Source: the human T2T-CHM13v2.0 reference genome, Homo sapiens. From it: a stretch of 64,000 nt of DNA. Each line of letters begins with the position of its first letter. The first letter of the stretch is position 1. The DNA lies in NCBI RefSeq assembly GCF_009914755.1, contig NC_060928.1; one strand, written 5' to 3'. Of this stretch, positions 12,671-30,000 are shown piece after piece. Below the pieces are notes generated by a model that saw only the letters and a list, made by a program, of their open reading frames with translations, was not told where the DNA came from and searched no databases. Both the position numbers and the translations under genes were made by a program.

Positions 12671-13014
12671 TAGGCTGAATCATGGCTCATTACTCCGAAT
12701 TCGTTTGTTTGTGATCTAACACCCAGTTCCTCAGAATAGGACTACATTTGGAGACAGGGCCATTAAGGAAAAAATTAAATTGAGGGCATATAGAGGACAT
12801 CTTATATGGACATAAGGACAAACACAGAGAAGAAAGTCTATGTAAGGAGGGCAACCATCTACAAACCAATCATGGAGACTTTAGAAGAAGCCAACAATGT
12901 TAATCATACCTTGATTACACTTCTAGCCTCCTGAATTGTGAGAAAATATGTTTCTTGTTGTTTAAGCCACCAAGTCTGTGGTACTTTGTTATGGCAGCCC
13001 TAGCCAACTAACAG
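12671..13014 (+). mobile_element. MaLR LTR (MLT1A/B-like), left copy
   Basis: tataggctgaat...cctcagaataggactacatttggagacagggcc...gtggtactttgttatggcagccctagccaactaac. Mirror ~37856..38203. Confidence 0.75.
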
Positions 13015-13384
13015 AGTGGTATATAGAAATACACTTGAAGTTTGAATGTTGATGTTATATATGAAATGAATTTTGAGAGCATCAGGTATGTATTAAAATA
13101 TGAAAGAAGGATTATGCACTATTTGGAAGATGATACATACTTTATTATTTAGATATTCTTATCAAATTTGGTCATTTGAGAAAAAAACCTTATATGTTTC
13201 CTGGAACATACTGTTTATTTTCTGATTATTCCTTTGCACATTGAATAGCTGTATCCAGATTCTCTTTTATTTTTCATAAATTAGGACTAGCAATAACCAT
13301 TGACTTTAAGTTTATTAATACATTAGCTTGCTCAATAATATAAAAAGATTTTTTGTTCACTTGAGAATATAGAGCTAGGTCCTT

Positions 13385-13388
13385 TGTT

Positions 13389-13425
<37 letters not shown>

Positions 13426-15175
13426 TTTCTTCTTTCTTTTTCTTTATTTTTACTGCATAAGTTCTGGGATACATGTGCAGAATGTGCAGGTTTGTTACAT
13501 AGGTATGCATATGCCATGGTGGTTTGCTGCATCTGTTGACCCATCCTCTAAGTTTCCTCCCCGCACACCTCACCTCCCAACAGGCCCTGGTGTCTGTTGT
13601 TTCCCTCCCTGGGTCCATGTGTCCTCATTGTTCAACTCTCCCTTATGAGTGAGAACATGCAGTGTTTGGTTTTCTGTCCCAGTGTTAGCTTGCTGAGGAT
13701 GATTGTTTCCAGCTTTATTCATGTCTCTGAAAAGGCTTTGATCTCATTCTACTTTTGGCTGTGCAGTATTTGTTGGTGTCTATGTACCCCATTTTCTTTA
13801 TCCCATCTATCATTGATGGGCATTTGGGTTAGTTCCATGACTTTGCGATTGTAAATAGTGCTGCAATAAACATATGTGTGCATGTGTCTTTATAGTAGAA
13901 TGATTTATATTACTTTGGGTATATACCCAGTAATAAGATTGTGGGGTCAAAAGGTATTTGTGTTTCCAGATCCTTGAGAAATTGCCATACTGTCTTCCAC
14001 AATGGTTCTCAATAGATGCACAAAACAGGATTCCGGTAAAATTTAAGATCTCTTCATGTTAAAAACTCTCAGTAAACTAGTCATTGCTGGGACATATCTC
14101 AAAATAATAAGAGCTATTTGTGACAAATGCATAGCCAATATCACATTGAATGGGCAAAAGCTGGAAGCATTCGCTTTGAAAATAGGTACAAGACAAGGAC
14201 GCCCTATCTCTCCACTCCTATTCAACATAGTATTTGAAGTTCTGGCTAGGGCAATCAGGCAAGAGAAAGAAAAAAAGTGTATTCAAATAGGAAGAGAGGA
14301 AGTCAAATTGTTCCTGTTTGTAGATGATGTAATTTTTTATTTAGAAAACCCCATCATCTCAGCCCCCAAACTCCTTAAACTGATAATCAACTTCAGCAAA
14401 GTCTCAGGATACAAAATCAATGTGTGAAAATCACAAGGATACCTTTACACTAACAATGCACAATCAGAGAGCCAAATCATGAATCAACTCCCATCAACAA
14501 TTGCTACAAAGAGAGTAAAATACCTAGGAATATAGCTAACAAGGGATGTGAATGACCACTTCAATGAGAACTACAACCCACTGTGCAAGGAAATAAGAGA
14601 CGACAAAAACAAATGGAAAAACATTTCATCCTCATGGACAGGATGAATCAATGTCGTGAAAATGGCCATACTGCCTGAAGTAGTGAATAGATTCAATGCT
14701 ATTCCCCTCAAACTACCATTGACATTCTTTGCAGAATTAGAAAACAGCTACTTTGAATTTCATATGGAATCAAAGAACACCCTGTATAGCCAAGACAATC
14801 CTAGGCAAAAAAACAACATTGGAGACATCATGCTGCCTGACTTTAAACTGTAATACAAGGCTACAGCAACCAAACAGCATGGTACTTGTACAAAAGCAGA
14901 GATATAGACCAATGGAACAGAACAGACACCTCAGAAATACCACCACACATCTATGACCATCTGATCTTCAACAAACATGACAAAAACAAGCAATGGGGAA
15001 AGGATTCCTTATTTAATAAATGGTGATAAGAAAACTGGCTAACCATATGCAGAAAACTGAAACTGGACCCCTTCCTCACACCTTATACAGAAATTAACTC
15101 AAGGTTGATTAAAGAATTAAATGTAAAACCCAAAACCATAAAAAACATAGAAGAAAATCCATAGAAGAAAATTGT
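13385..15175 (-). mobile_element. 5'-inverted L1PA (L1PA8-10-like) with poly(A) turned into (GAAA)n, left copy
   Basis: L1 3' end on minus 13450..14005, ORF2 RT region on plus 14006..15170 (MLKTLSKL...[20 protein letters not shown]), (TTTC)n 13385..13445. Confidence 0.88.
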
Positions 15176-15535
15176 TGGGTCATATGGTAATTTGATTTTA
15201 ATTTTTTTGAGGAACCTCCATTCTGTTAACTACAGGTGTGTCATTTTTCATTCCTTCCAACAATGCACAAGAGTTTCTATTTATATACATTCTCTTCAAA
15301 ACTTGTTGTTTTTTCGGCTATGCATGTGTCTGTGTGTGGGTAAATATATGTATTCAAAAATATTCTGAGGTGGCTAATGGTTATGATGTCATAGCTCATT
15401 GTAGTTTTGATTTACATTTCTCTAATATTTAGTGATGTTAAGCATCTTTTCATATGCTTTTTGGCCATACATCTATATTTTCTGAATAAATGTGTATTCA
15501 AGTCTTTGAATCATTTTAATTGAGTTTTTGCTATT

Positions 15536-18550
<3,015 letters not shown>

Positions 18551-18599
18551 AGACAAAAGTAAATGACCTATCTCTCACCCCTAAAAAAAAAATACCTTC

Positions 18600-18851
18600 A
18601 AATAAGGAAGAGGAACAGACTATATCCTAATGCTTGCTTTGGTCAATATAAGCATTCCAGAGTAAATATTTACGCTACATTGTAGGAGCTAAGAACATAA
18701 AGTACATAGATTTGTTTATTACAGCTAGCAGATATTTAAAAGTGCAGCACACTTCTCTGAATAAATTTTGCTTCTAAGAGAAGTTACTATTTATTCTTGA
18801 TTAGATGGGGAGGAAAGTCTTTGAAAAGGAACTTCTAATTTACTTTTCACA
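18600..18851 (-). mobile_element. ERV1 LTR 5' fragment (LTR10/HERV-I-like)
   Basis: Minus strand begins TGTGAAAAGTAAATTAGAAGTTCCTTTTCAAAGACTTTCCTCCCCATCTAAT, matching my recollection of LTR10C-type starts. Confidence 0.55.
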
Positions 18852-18879
18852 GTGAAGCAGCCTAGGGTCACTGGAGCAG

Positions 18880-19601
18880 TCTTGTTGTATGAGGTATCAC
18901 CAGGAGTTCTTTGTCTCAAGACCCAAACAATTAAGGATTGTGGACACCAATGGTAATGTTGGAAGAGAAGTTTAATAAGCAAAAGAGAAAAGCTATCTAC
19001 TGTGAAGAGGAAGCCCGAGAGCGTTGTCATTTCACAGTTGAATGCAGACTTTTATATACAAAAATAAAAGCTAATGAGGCAGAGTGTTTCATGTGCATAA
19101 GTCATGAAAACCCGGTTAGGACTGGATGTCTTATTTGCATACATACAAATTCTTGTTAGCTCCAACTCTTCCCTCTAGTGTGCATGCAGGTCCTTAGCCT
19201 GAATTACTGCATGTTGTTTTATTTTGCTTATTGACTCTGTTTCACTGCGGATGTGTCTTGTTCTGTGTAACTTTCCTTATCTATACAGCTACAGGTCTGT
19301 CTTAGGAAAGCACCCTGTGCAAGTTCCTTTATCTGAGTATGACCAAAAAGAAAAGGAATGTGCTCACTGAAGGCCATCGTGTATAGGCAGAGCTCACTGG
19401 TTGCACAGAAGACAAAGGCTTTGGACTTTGCTTCCTTACCTGTGCTTGCAGTTTGATTTCCTCCAGACTTATTTTTGGACTTTGCTTCCTTACCTGCGCT
19501 TGCAGTTTGATTTCCTCCAGACTGTTATTTTTGGGGGAGGGCTTCTACCAAGAACCTTGCCCTAACTATCTGCCTAACTGGTTCCTTATTTTCTCTTCTC
19601 A
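18880..19601 (-). mobile_element. ERV1 LTR (MER61-like) containing a 54-bp tandem duplication
   Basis: Minus strand begins TGAGAAGAGAAAATAAGGAACCAGTTAGGCAGATAGTTAGGGC; ATTAAA signal near 18975; duplicate unit tttggactttgcttccttacc...ctccagact at 19420 and 19474. Confidence 0.5.
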
Positions 19602-20858
19602 TTAATTTCTCTCTCCATATGTGTATCACCTCCATGAGGGCTCCAAACACTGAGTGATCAGCTCTTACATACATTTGCTAGATGAATTTTTTAAACTCAT
19701 TGTGTTGGGGGGGTTCTCTGTTTGGCGACTCTGTATGGTGAAGGTTTAACACCCTAGACATTCCAAATAGGCCCCTTTGGCTTGGAGGAGCAAAACGTCC
19801 TTTCTCTTCATTGCTGAGGAGGTCAGTCTCTCATCTCACTGATCTACAAAAATAATAGTTCAGTTCCTCAAGCAAATGTGCAGACAAGCCATTTGAGCTT
19901 ATCTTTGGGAGAAAAGGCAATGGAGAGGACCCTTTAGAATGTACTCCTGAACTATAATTAAGATTCTAAAAGACAACCTCCCAGGAGAAAAAAAAATTCA
20001 GAATAAACCAAAGACTATCAACCAAAGGGAGGTCCAGAGCTCAAGAGGACTTACCAGTCCCACTGGAGAAGAAGCTCAAAATTGGAGAGGCATTCAGTGG
20101 GCCTCTGTTGCTACCTTAGCTTCAAGTTCAGGCACGTTTTATGGTGTCCTGAGTTTTGTCTGAGGCCCCACATGTTCAAATGTCAAGTTGTTATGATGAA
20201 AAGAGTCAAACATTTTAAAATATTTAAAGAGTTTTATTCTGAGCCAAATATGAGTCAATGATGGCCTGCGACATAACCCTCAGGAGATCCTAAGAACATT
20301 TCCCCATAGCGCTCAGGCTACAGCTTAGTTTTATACAATTTAGAGAGATATTAGTCATCAATCAATACATGTAAGTTATACATTGACTTGGTCTGAATAG
20401 GCAGGACAACTGAGAGCAGGGGTTTCCAGGTCATAGGCTAATTCGAGGATTTTCTATTGGCAATTGGTTGAGTTATATTGTTGTCTAAAGATATAGAATT
20501 AATAGACAAGAATGTCTAGGTTAAGATAAGGGGCTGTGAATACCAAGGTTTTATCATGCAGATAAAGCGGTCAGGCAACAGGCTTGAGAGAATATAGATT
20601 GTAAATGTTTCTTATCAAATGTAATGAGTCTGTTCTATTGTCTTTAAGGTCTTTAAGGTCTGTGTTGATGGTAGTGCTTGTAAGATTTTCCTGAATTCAA
20701 AAAGGGAGGAGGGTATAATGAGGCATGTCCTATCCCACCACCCCACTTCCCATCATTGTCTGAACCAGTTTTTCAGATTAAGTTTGAAATGCTCTTTGCT
20801 GAGAGTAAGGGTCCATTTAGGTGGTTGGGGATGCTTAAAATTTTATTTTTGGTTTACA
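19602..20858 (-). mobile_element. MER4-type LTR (20189..20858) with adjoining internal leader fragment
   Basis: Minus strand starts TGTAAACCAAAAATAAAATTTTAAGCATCCCCAACC; gaataaaactctttaaatattttaaaatgtttgactcttttc near LTR end; degenerate PBS next to it. Confidence 0.8.
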
Positions 20859-21883
20859 TCTACATAGAGTTGTTGAATAATTAGAACATAATGATAATAT
20901 TTTACCTAATGTCATTATTAGCCTTCTGCTTATTAACACAGAAACCAAAACCGTGTATTTTCTCCTATACATTTTTTCCTGTCTCAGATATTATCAGTAA
21001 ATACAAATTTCAAATTAATTTCTCACATTTACTATTAACAATTTATGTTTTATTCCATAAGGTTGACATGTCTCAGTAACTAATATACAATTTTTATCAT
21101 TTTCCCTGTTTCTAAACTCTTATCTTTACATATCACTCTATGTTGAGATGCAAGAATTTCTTGCTAAAGAAAAGCTTGATCTTGCGACTGTCCTTTAAAA
21201 CTTGAGTAAATAATAATTTGCCCATAAATTATCATTCAAACTAATAATTGTTTATTTAAAACTAATTTCTCCTATTTCAAACTGACTTTGTTCTGTAACA
21301 TCCTGCCCTGAACTTTCTCTGTGGTCACTTCTCACTAGAATGACTTTTAAATATCCTATACTTTCGTCATGCTTGTATTGATTGTGAAATGCTTCCTTTG
21401 GCAACAATAAATCCTAATGAAGCTTTCATCTCACCTCCTAAGTCAAATGTCTTACTAAAGCTTTTATTAATTATCAGATATTAAAGCAATTGTGCATTTT
21501 TCTCCTCTGAAATACTGAACACTTTGCACTTATTATATAAAATTAATAAAAATAGTTACCTATGTCTCCAAGTGTATTCCCAGTAATTCTTTGTATTGTC
21601 CTTGTGAGCAAAGGATGTGAAACATGAGTTCTTCTAAACAATCTGGCACCTTGGATTTAGTGTGGAATGAATGTAAGTGCGGTTGTGTGCATATGTTTCT
21701 GCACATGAATTATTAAATCTAAAGAATTTAAAAAAAATTTCTTTATCATCAATCCAGATAATAAAAGTATCTTTATGTGTTTTATTTCTAAGCTCTAGAA
21801 GGTTGGAACAAATTTTCCCTGATACATTGCAACATTGCATTTCTTTTTGATATCTTCAATAAATGTGAAGCTGGCAACCAACC

Positions 21884-21936
21884 AATGAACTTTATTTACT
21901 CTTAAAATATTAATTTTTAACTTCTGTGCTTATATT
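21884..21936 (+). promoter_or_regulatory. Proximal promoter of UGT2A3-like pseudogene (HNF1-like site, HNF4-like half site, TATA-like element)
   Basis: attaatttttaac 21909-21921 resembles HNF1 GTTAATNATTAAC; tgaacttt ~21886; ttatatt ~21930; 70-120 bp upstream of the ATG. Confidence 0.5.
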
Positions 21937-23620
21937 GTCATTTCAATTTCATGCTTAGTAACTACAAAACTATTGCAGATCATTGTGTGAGGGAAATGTC
22001 ATCATGAGGCCCAAGAAGTCAGCTTTGGTATTTCTGCTCCTGCAACTCTTCTGTGATGGCTGTGGATTCTGGGAGAAGGTCCTGGTGTGGCCCTGTGACA
22101 TGAGCCATTGGCTTAATGTCAAGGTCATTCTAGAGGAGATCATAGTGAGGAGCCATGAGGTAACAGTATTGACTCACTCAAAGTCTTTGTTAATTGATTA
22201 CAGGAAGCCTTCTGCACTGAAATTTGAGGTGGTCCATATGCCATAGGATAAAACAGAAGAAAATGAAATATTTGTTGACCTAGCTCTGAATGTCTTCCCA
22301 GGCTTACCAGCGTGGCAATCAGTCATAAAATTAAATGTTTTTTTGTTGAAATGAGGAACTTCAAAAATGATGTGTGAGAGCATTATCTACAATCAGACAC
22401 TTATGAAGAAGCTACAGGAAACCAACTACGATGTAGCACTCATAGACCCTGTGATTCCCCGTGGAGACCTGATGGCTGAGTTGCTTGCAGTCCCTTTTGT
22501 GCTCACACTTAGAACTTCTCTAAGAGGCAATATGGAACAAAGCTGTGGGAAACTTCCAGCTCCACTTTCCTATGTACCTGTGCCTATGACAGGACTAACA
22601 GACAGAATGACCTTTCAGGAAAGATTGAAAAATCCAATGCTTTCAGTTTTCTTCCACTTCTGGATTCAGGATTATGAGCATCATTTTTGGGAAGAGTTTT
22701 AGAGTAAGGCATTAGGTAAGAGATTCTTGTTTTATTTTTAATTATCAAAATAAATATTTTTAAAAATTGCCATACATCGTCTATGACACATATATGCAGG
22801 TTAATGAGTTTTTATTATAGAAAATGTTGTAGCTGTTCTTCATAAAGAAAGTAGATTTGTTCTAAGTGTAAGGTAACCTACTTCCTTAATACCAGTAATA
22901 AACTTACAAATGATCATCATTAACAAGGAGATTATATTTTGTTTTTCCTCCAAATAGCCCAAATCTACATCTCATATTTTTGAGAATTATTTATTGTTAC
23001 TTTGAATGTTATACCATTTCTATTGAAACAAGATGCTGATCGTTCTTTTCTCTCTCATCAAAAATTTCAAAAAAAAATCTTCAGAAAGTCCTCTTTGAAT
23101 TATTTTTTCAAGAGTGGTTAAATGGAAACATTTTCTAGAATTCTCTAATTTCTTAGTTGATTACTTCACAAAAACTTGAAAAAATATTATAAAAAGTTAA
23201 ATGACTTTCGGTCTTGTGGGGCATGGGATAGAATTTTTACTTTACTGATTTATATCCATTTTACTTATTTTTATTTCTTTGCTTTACTGACAAAAAGTTG
23301 TTTTGCTTTACAATTTTCATAAACAGTTGTGACCAGCGCTGGTCAATGAAAGACATGTTTTTGATCCAACTCTGTTTGAGAAATATGTAGAAACATGAAC
23401 AAAGGAACAATCATAATAGACTCTAAAAATATTGTTTAATATATTCCACTGAATTCCAATACATAGACTGTTTCACAGAACTAATATTCAGAGGATCCCA
23501 CTTCAAATGTCCTTAGCCTTAGACATGATTTGAATTTACATGTATTGATTTGCCCTAATTAATTTTGTTTTCAGTAAGCTCTGCCTAGCTTACCATTTTA
23601 TTTCCATATGTTCTTATGTA

Positions 23621-23946
23621 TAGGCATATTTCATTTTATTATACTTTGCTTTACTGTGCTTCACAGAAATTGTAATATACAAATTAAGTGTTTTTGAAAA
23701 CCCTGAATGAAGCAAATCAATTTGGCATAATATTTCCAACAGCAAGTGTGTACTTTTTGACTCTGTATCACATATTGGCATTTATCATGCTTTTTCAAAT
23801 TTTTCATTATTATATCTGTTATGGTGATCTGAGATCAGTGATCTTTGATGGTTCCATGTTTACTAGCTTTGGGGCACCTTGAGCTCTTCTGATATAAAAC
23901 AGCAAACTTAATTATAAATGTTGTGTGTGTACTAACCGCACCCACC
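23621..23946 (+). mobile_element. Tigger1 DNA transposon 5' fragment
   Basis: aggcatatttcattttatt...ttatatctgttatggtgatctgagatcagtgatctttgatg...cttaattataaatgttgtgtgtgt follows the Tigger1 left end. Confidence 0.85.
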
Positions 23947-24695
23947 TTTATGAGGTTTCTGTCAGCCCCTACTGGGAGGTGTCTTCCAGTTAGGTTACAC
24001 GGGGTTCAGGGACCCACTTGAAGAGCAGTCTGTCCATTCTCAAGAGTTCAAACCCTCTGTGGGGAGAACCACTGCTCTCTCCAGAGCTGTCACACAGGGA
24101 TATTTAAGTCTCAGAAGTTTCTGCTGCCTTTTGTTCAGCTATGCCCTGCCCACAGAGGTGGAGTCTATAGAGGCAGTAGGCCTTGCTGAGCTGCAATGGG
24201 CTCCACCCAGTTCAAGCTTCCTGGCCACTTTGTTTACCTACTCAAGCCTCAGCAATGGTGAATGCCCCTCCCCTCGCCAGGCTGCCGCCTGGCAGGTCAA
24301 TCTCAGACTGCTGCACTAGCAGTGAGCAAGGCTCCGTGGGCATGGGATGCCTGAGCCAGGCACCAGAGATAATTTCCTGGTCTGTTGGTTGCTAAGACCA
24401 TGGGAGAATCCCGGTAGTTGGGCAACAGTGTCCCATTTTTCCAGGTACAGTCTGTCATGGGCTCTCAGCTAGGAAAGGAAAATCTCCCCAGCCCTTGCAC
24501 TTCCCAGCTCAGGTGACGCCCCGCCATGCTTCGGCTGGTCTTCCTTGGGCTACTGCACCCACTGTCCAACTATTCCCGATGAGATGAACCACGTACCTCA
24601 GTTGGAAATGCAGAAATCAACCATCTTCTGTGTCAATCATGGTGGGAACTGCAGACCGGAGCTGGTCGCATCTAGCCATCTTGGAACGGGAGCCC
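23947..24695 (-). mobile_element. L1PA 5' UTR only (first ~750 bp), with antisense ORF0 homologue at 24255..24395 (+)
   Basis: Minus strand starts ...ttccaagatggctagatg (YY1 motif) ...ttctgcatttccaactgaggtac. Plus strand MVNAPPLARLPPGRSISDCC resembles L1 ORF0 MAGAPPPASLPPCSLISDCC. Confidence 0.88.
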
Positions 24696-24699
24696 TCTA

Positions 24700-27008
24700 G
24701 GTGATATATTTTGAAATCAGGTAGTGTGATGCCTCCAGTTTTGTTCTTTTTGGTCAAGGTTGCTTTGGCCTTGGTCTTTTGCAGTTCTGTACAAATTTTA
24801 AAAAAAGCTTTTCCCCATTTCTGTTTAGAATGTCATGGTATTCTGATAGAGATTGTTAAGAATCTGCAGTTTCCTTTGGGTACTATGTACATTTTAATAA
24901 TACAAATTCTTCCAATTCATGAACATGATGTATCTAATTATTGTGTCTTTTTAAATTTCTTTCATCCTTGTTTTATAATATTCATTCTAGATATTTTATA
25001 CCTCCTTGGTTAAACATATTCTTAGGGGTTTTATTCTATAGCTATATTAAATGAAATTGTTTTTCTAATTTTTTGCAGATAGCTATTTCCGTACAGAATA
25101 ATACCAATTTTTGTATGATAATTTTTTTTCAAAAAGTTTTCTGAATTTTTTTTATCAATCATTATGTTGTGTTTTCATGGAGTATTTAGTTTTCTCTCTT
25201 TATAAGTTCATGTCATCTGCAAAGAGGAACTATTTGATTTCTTCCTTTCCGATTTGTATGTGCTTCATTTCTTTCTCTTGGTTAATTACTCTGGCTAGAC
25301 GTTTCAGTATTAGGTTGGATAAGAGTGGAGAAAGTATGCATCTTTATCTTTTTCCAGATCTTAGGAAAAAAAAGAAAGCTTTCTACTTTCCCTGCTCAGT
25401 ATGATGGTAGTAGCTGTGTGTTTATCATGTATTGGCTTCATATATGAATAAGTTCTTTGATGAACTTCTTCATATATGAAGAAGTTCATTGAAGAGTACA
25501 GTATTCTTGGATTAAAAGTTTTACAAATTTCTGTTTACTTCAGCATTTTGACTATATTATCCCACTCTCTTCTGTCCTGAAAGATTTTTGTTTGTTTGTT
25601 TGTTTGTTTGTTTGTTTTTCCTGGGAAATTCACTGAAAACAGTTCGGGACCACTATTGAAAGTGTTATGTTTTGTTGTTGTTGTTTTGTTTTGTTTTTCT
25701 CTCTCTCCTACTGCTTTCAATATTCTTTTTGTTCTTTGAGTTTTGGTAATTTGATTATAATGTACCTTTGGGAATTACTTTTTGGGTTGAATTTGTTGGG
25801 TGATGTCTAAGCTAACTGTTCCCAGATATTATTGTCTTTCTCCAAATTTGGAAAATGTTGAGTCTTTATTATCTTGAGTATGTTTTCTAGGCCTTTCTTT
25901 TCTATCTCATATCCTTTAGAAATTTATATTATATGGCAGTATTTCCCTTCATAGTGTCATATAATTTCTGTGAACGCCACTATTTCTTTTTTCTTCTATT
26001 CCTCTGATTGGGTAATTGCATGTTTTCTTTGAGCTTACTGATTCTCTCCTGTTTGATCAAGTCTGCTGTTAAAGATTTCTAGTGAGTTTTTAGTTTAACA
26101 ATTTTTATCCTGCATTTCAAGGATTTCATTTTTTATTTTTCTGATTTCATTCTCAAATGTTGTATTTGAATCGCTGCCCTGAGGATGCTTTCTGTTCTGA
26201 GGAGAGCTTATAGTTGATAACAGAACCTAAATAGTGCACCAGAGCTAAATCTCTTCCATGCTATTGTTTTCCTGTCTGAGGAAGACTTATCATGGTGATA
26301 AAAAGATAATGTTGTGCCAGAACTTAAACTCAAACCTGTAGTAATTTCTGGGTTGGGGAAGGCTTAAGAAATAACTGGAACTTAGTTACTAACCTGATAG
26401 TTGTTTCTGGGTCAGAGAAAGGCTCTGTATGATCACCTGGGATATTTGTAAAATCTGACCAAAGATTCTAGCTTTCCCTCGGATTGTGCCTCCTGTACTA
26501 TTGTAGTGCTGGCTAGGCCCCCATCAGTGTGAGTTCCCTGCTGATAGGACCGCAAAGCATCTGCCAAGATCTGTTTGCCATTTGCCGTGATTAGTGCTTC
26601 TGCTCTTTGCTTCCAATTCAACCCAGGTGGTTCAGCCCTTCTGACGCTCCTAATACCTCCTGTGGGATGGAACAAAGAAGGCTTCTCACAGTGATTCACA
26701 CACTCATATGGGGATTTAGTGTCCACCTGCAATTATTTTCTTCCACCTGTGTAATTGCAGGTACAGGGAAGTTTTCTGGGAGTGGTGCTATTTTGCTTTG
26801 GAGAATGGGGTGACGCAGCACAAATGACCTTTCTTCTTTCTGGTCATGGATTTTTTAATTTCCATGAACCTATAAGATTTTTCACTTTTCTCCTGAGCTC
26901 TGGTGCATTCAGAGTGGTATTTTTATATTTGAATAGTTGCTAGTTGTACTTTTAAGAGGGATTGATGCTGGACGTCTTCTATTCCACCATCTTGCTGATG
27001 TCACTCCT
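24700..27008 (-). mobile_element. Old L1 (L1M/L1PB-like) fragments including 5' end
   Basis: ORF2-like tttgaaatcaggtagtgtgatgcctccag..., ORF1-like 25480-26150, 5' end ggagtgacatcagcaagatgg on minus at ~26988-27008. Confidence 0.7.
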
Positions 27009-30000
27009 CAAATAATATTTGTAAATGTTAGTAAATTATTTTGTTTTTAGGATTCTGTGCCTACATGACACAGACATGAAAAGTACTCTTGTCACTGAAA
27101 CTTTTCATATACTGTTTGATTGTGTGCCTTTTCTAGTAATGAATGATTATGTATTTAAGCCATATGTTTTACACATAGACTTTCTTATAAAGAGACTACA
27201 TGGTTCTGTGTGTCAGAACATAAGAATAGAATACAACTATACAGTAATAATTTCTCAACTCTTTATTTTAGAAATGTAAGTAACCTTTACTTTAATCTTT
27301 GTTATATTACCCCTCTGTAATGCAGATAAATTTTTATCTTCCGGAAATGGAAAATGTTGTCCAGAGTTCAGGGGAAGATGATATTGGGTTGTTTTCTCTG
27401 GGGTCACTGTTTCCAAATGTTATAGAAGAAAAGGCTAATATCATTGCTTCAGCCCTTGCCCAGATCCCACAGAAGGTCAGTAAAACCTCCATTCCTGATA
27501 AGCAGCTATTCACATAATGAGAAAGTATGGCTTTTGCCCTACTCAGTCTTGCTGTTGTTACTGGAAACAACTCTCTTGATTGTCGTTCTTTTATAATAAA
27601 ATAGAAATAAAAAATCAAGCCCCTACATCATATTTTAGAATTTGAAATCTAAAGGCATGTGCCAACTATTCCAAAAAAGTTCTGACATGTATTATTTCCA
27701 AGGGCCAGAAAAAGGAAAACTGATATAAAAAAGAAAAAGAAGAATCAATCTCAAGAATATCCTTCTCATATTTGAGTGCATAAAAACTGTATTCAGGGTA
27801 CTTTTGCATAGAAATAAAAGCTCAGATTAATGTAGTCTTTCTCGATAATTAGAGCTTTCTTCCAAAGTTAAATGTCAATTACAATTATATTATAGTAACT
27901 TAATTATTTCAGTTATGTAATTATTTATAATACTTAACTGATTTTAACTTTATTACTGTAATTCTAGAATTTCACACTTTAGGTAGTGCTATATATAAAC
28001 TATCCAAAAGATGTTTTATTTCATATTTAGCTAAAATACATCAAACACAATAAAGGCAAATATACTAATTAGGAATGTGAAATCTCATAATTTTAATTAA
28101 GAAATTATCTGTTAAGTAGTTTGAAACATCTGTGCCATCCTTTCTTTTCAAATGTATGAATTTTTTTATAAGTTCCCACAAATCAAAATTATGGAAAAAA
28201 AAGACACAATCCCAAAGAAAATTTATCATAGAACAATGGAACATAGGTAATTCTCTAGCTCATTCGTCTTCAATAAAACAAATAAATATAAGAAGACAAA
28301 GGTCAGGAAGGAAATAGAGAAGAAAAGATAACCGATTATCCAAAACACACACAAAATTGAAAGCAAATTTTATCTGTGGGGAACTGTAAATTTGATGGTA
28401 GAACCAGAATAGTTCCATGATTTGAAATGACACAGAGATCATGTACTTATAAAATATTTTATTCTTATAAGAAAATTGAGTAGCCAGTGCTGAATTACTT
28501 TTTAATGATTCACTGATATTCTCATACTCAGATATTTTAATTGATATTAAAATAATAATAGTATACTTAATAGTCAACTGGTACACATTATTTGAAAGGA
28601 CTTTTGTAAAAAGTCCTACTATGTCTTTTACTGTTTACACAGTACCTCTACATACCCCTGTCTCAACCAACACCTGAAGTACAATGAGTTTATAATTTAT
28701 AACTATATCTACATCCTTAGAGTGCTAATATCCTGTGGTTCAATCTGTGAAATACATGTGTTTCTTCCATAGGTGTTATAGAGATACAATGGAAAAAAAA
28801 CCATCCACATTAGGAACCAATACTCGGCTGTATGATGGGATACCCCAGAATGATCTTCTTGGTAGGACTATGAGAAAGTAAAAATATGAACTAGATGAGG
28901 AAAAGATGAATAAATGTTAAACAGTGAGCAAATTCAGCAAATATTTAAAATTATAAAACTTTATTTTACTTACACTTTTGAAGCAGATATAATTAAAAGA
29001 TTGACTAAAATTGTATAGACTCACACTTTCTATTGTTAAGGTGAGAGTGATAGGATATGCAGAAGGAATTAATGCCTCTTTTTCTTAAGTTAGAAATGAT
29101 CTTTAGTAGCAAAGCTCCATGTGCTCTCCTTTGAAAGAAAATACTGTACGCTTCAGGGAGTTATCTCATAATTCCCATCTTTAGTCCTGAAATTATTTTA
29201 AAAATTCATAATAAAGTATCTCACCATTTCTCATCCATTTTGCATACTAGGTGACCTCAAACCAAAGCTTTTATCGCTCATGGAGGAATGAATGTGATCT
29301 ATGAAGCTATTTACCATGAGGTCCCTATGGTGGGAGTTCCCCTATTTGGTGATCAGCTTGATGCCATAGCTCACATGAAGGCCAAAGGAGCAGCTGTAGA
29401 AATAAACTTCAAAACTATGACAAGCAAAGATTTACTCAGGGTTTTGAGAACAGTCATTAACGATTCCTCGTAAGTACTACTGCTTGTAAAGACTGATCTA
29501 ACATCGATTATATTATACATTATGTCGGAAAATGTTAAATATCATGCTGGTAGATATTTTAAGGGATTTTTCCCTTCAATATTAAGTCATTCATCACCTT
29601 GGTATTGGAATAGTTCTGGAAATTATAGTTCATAGAGTGTCAATCTTCATGGAAATATTAAGTTTAAATTAATAACTGGCTTATTCAGGTTTTACTCACA
29701 TCTTTGCTTTACCCCATTTTGTTAAAAATGTACTCTTTTTCACTCTCCGCATTATATCTGTTTAATCCTATGCAACCAATAATGTTCATGTCACAACCGG
29801 AATCAATCTTTTATTCAACAAGTTTTGGCTTGCATAACATATACTACAGTTTATCTACCTGTCTTTTATGAAAACAAAACTACAACTTTCTAAGTTCTAT
29901 GTGTGTTTTTGCCTTCCAGTTATAAAGAGGATGCTATGAGATTATCAAGAATTCACCATGATCAGCCTGTGAAGCCCCTGGATCAGGCAGACTTCTGGAT

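Noticed and set aside
19420-19530. Direct repeats as a CRISPR-like or regulatory array
   Set aside because: Just two adjacent copies of a 54-bp unit inside an LTR, with no spacers, in eukaryotic DNA.
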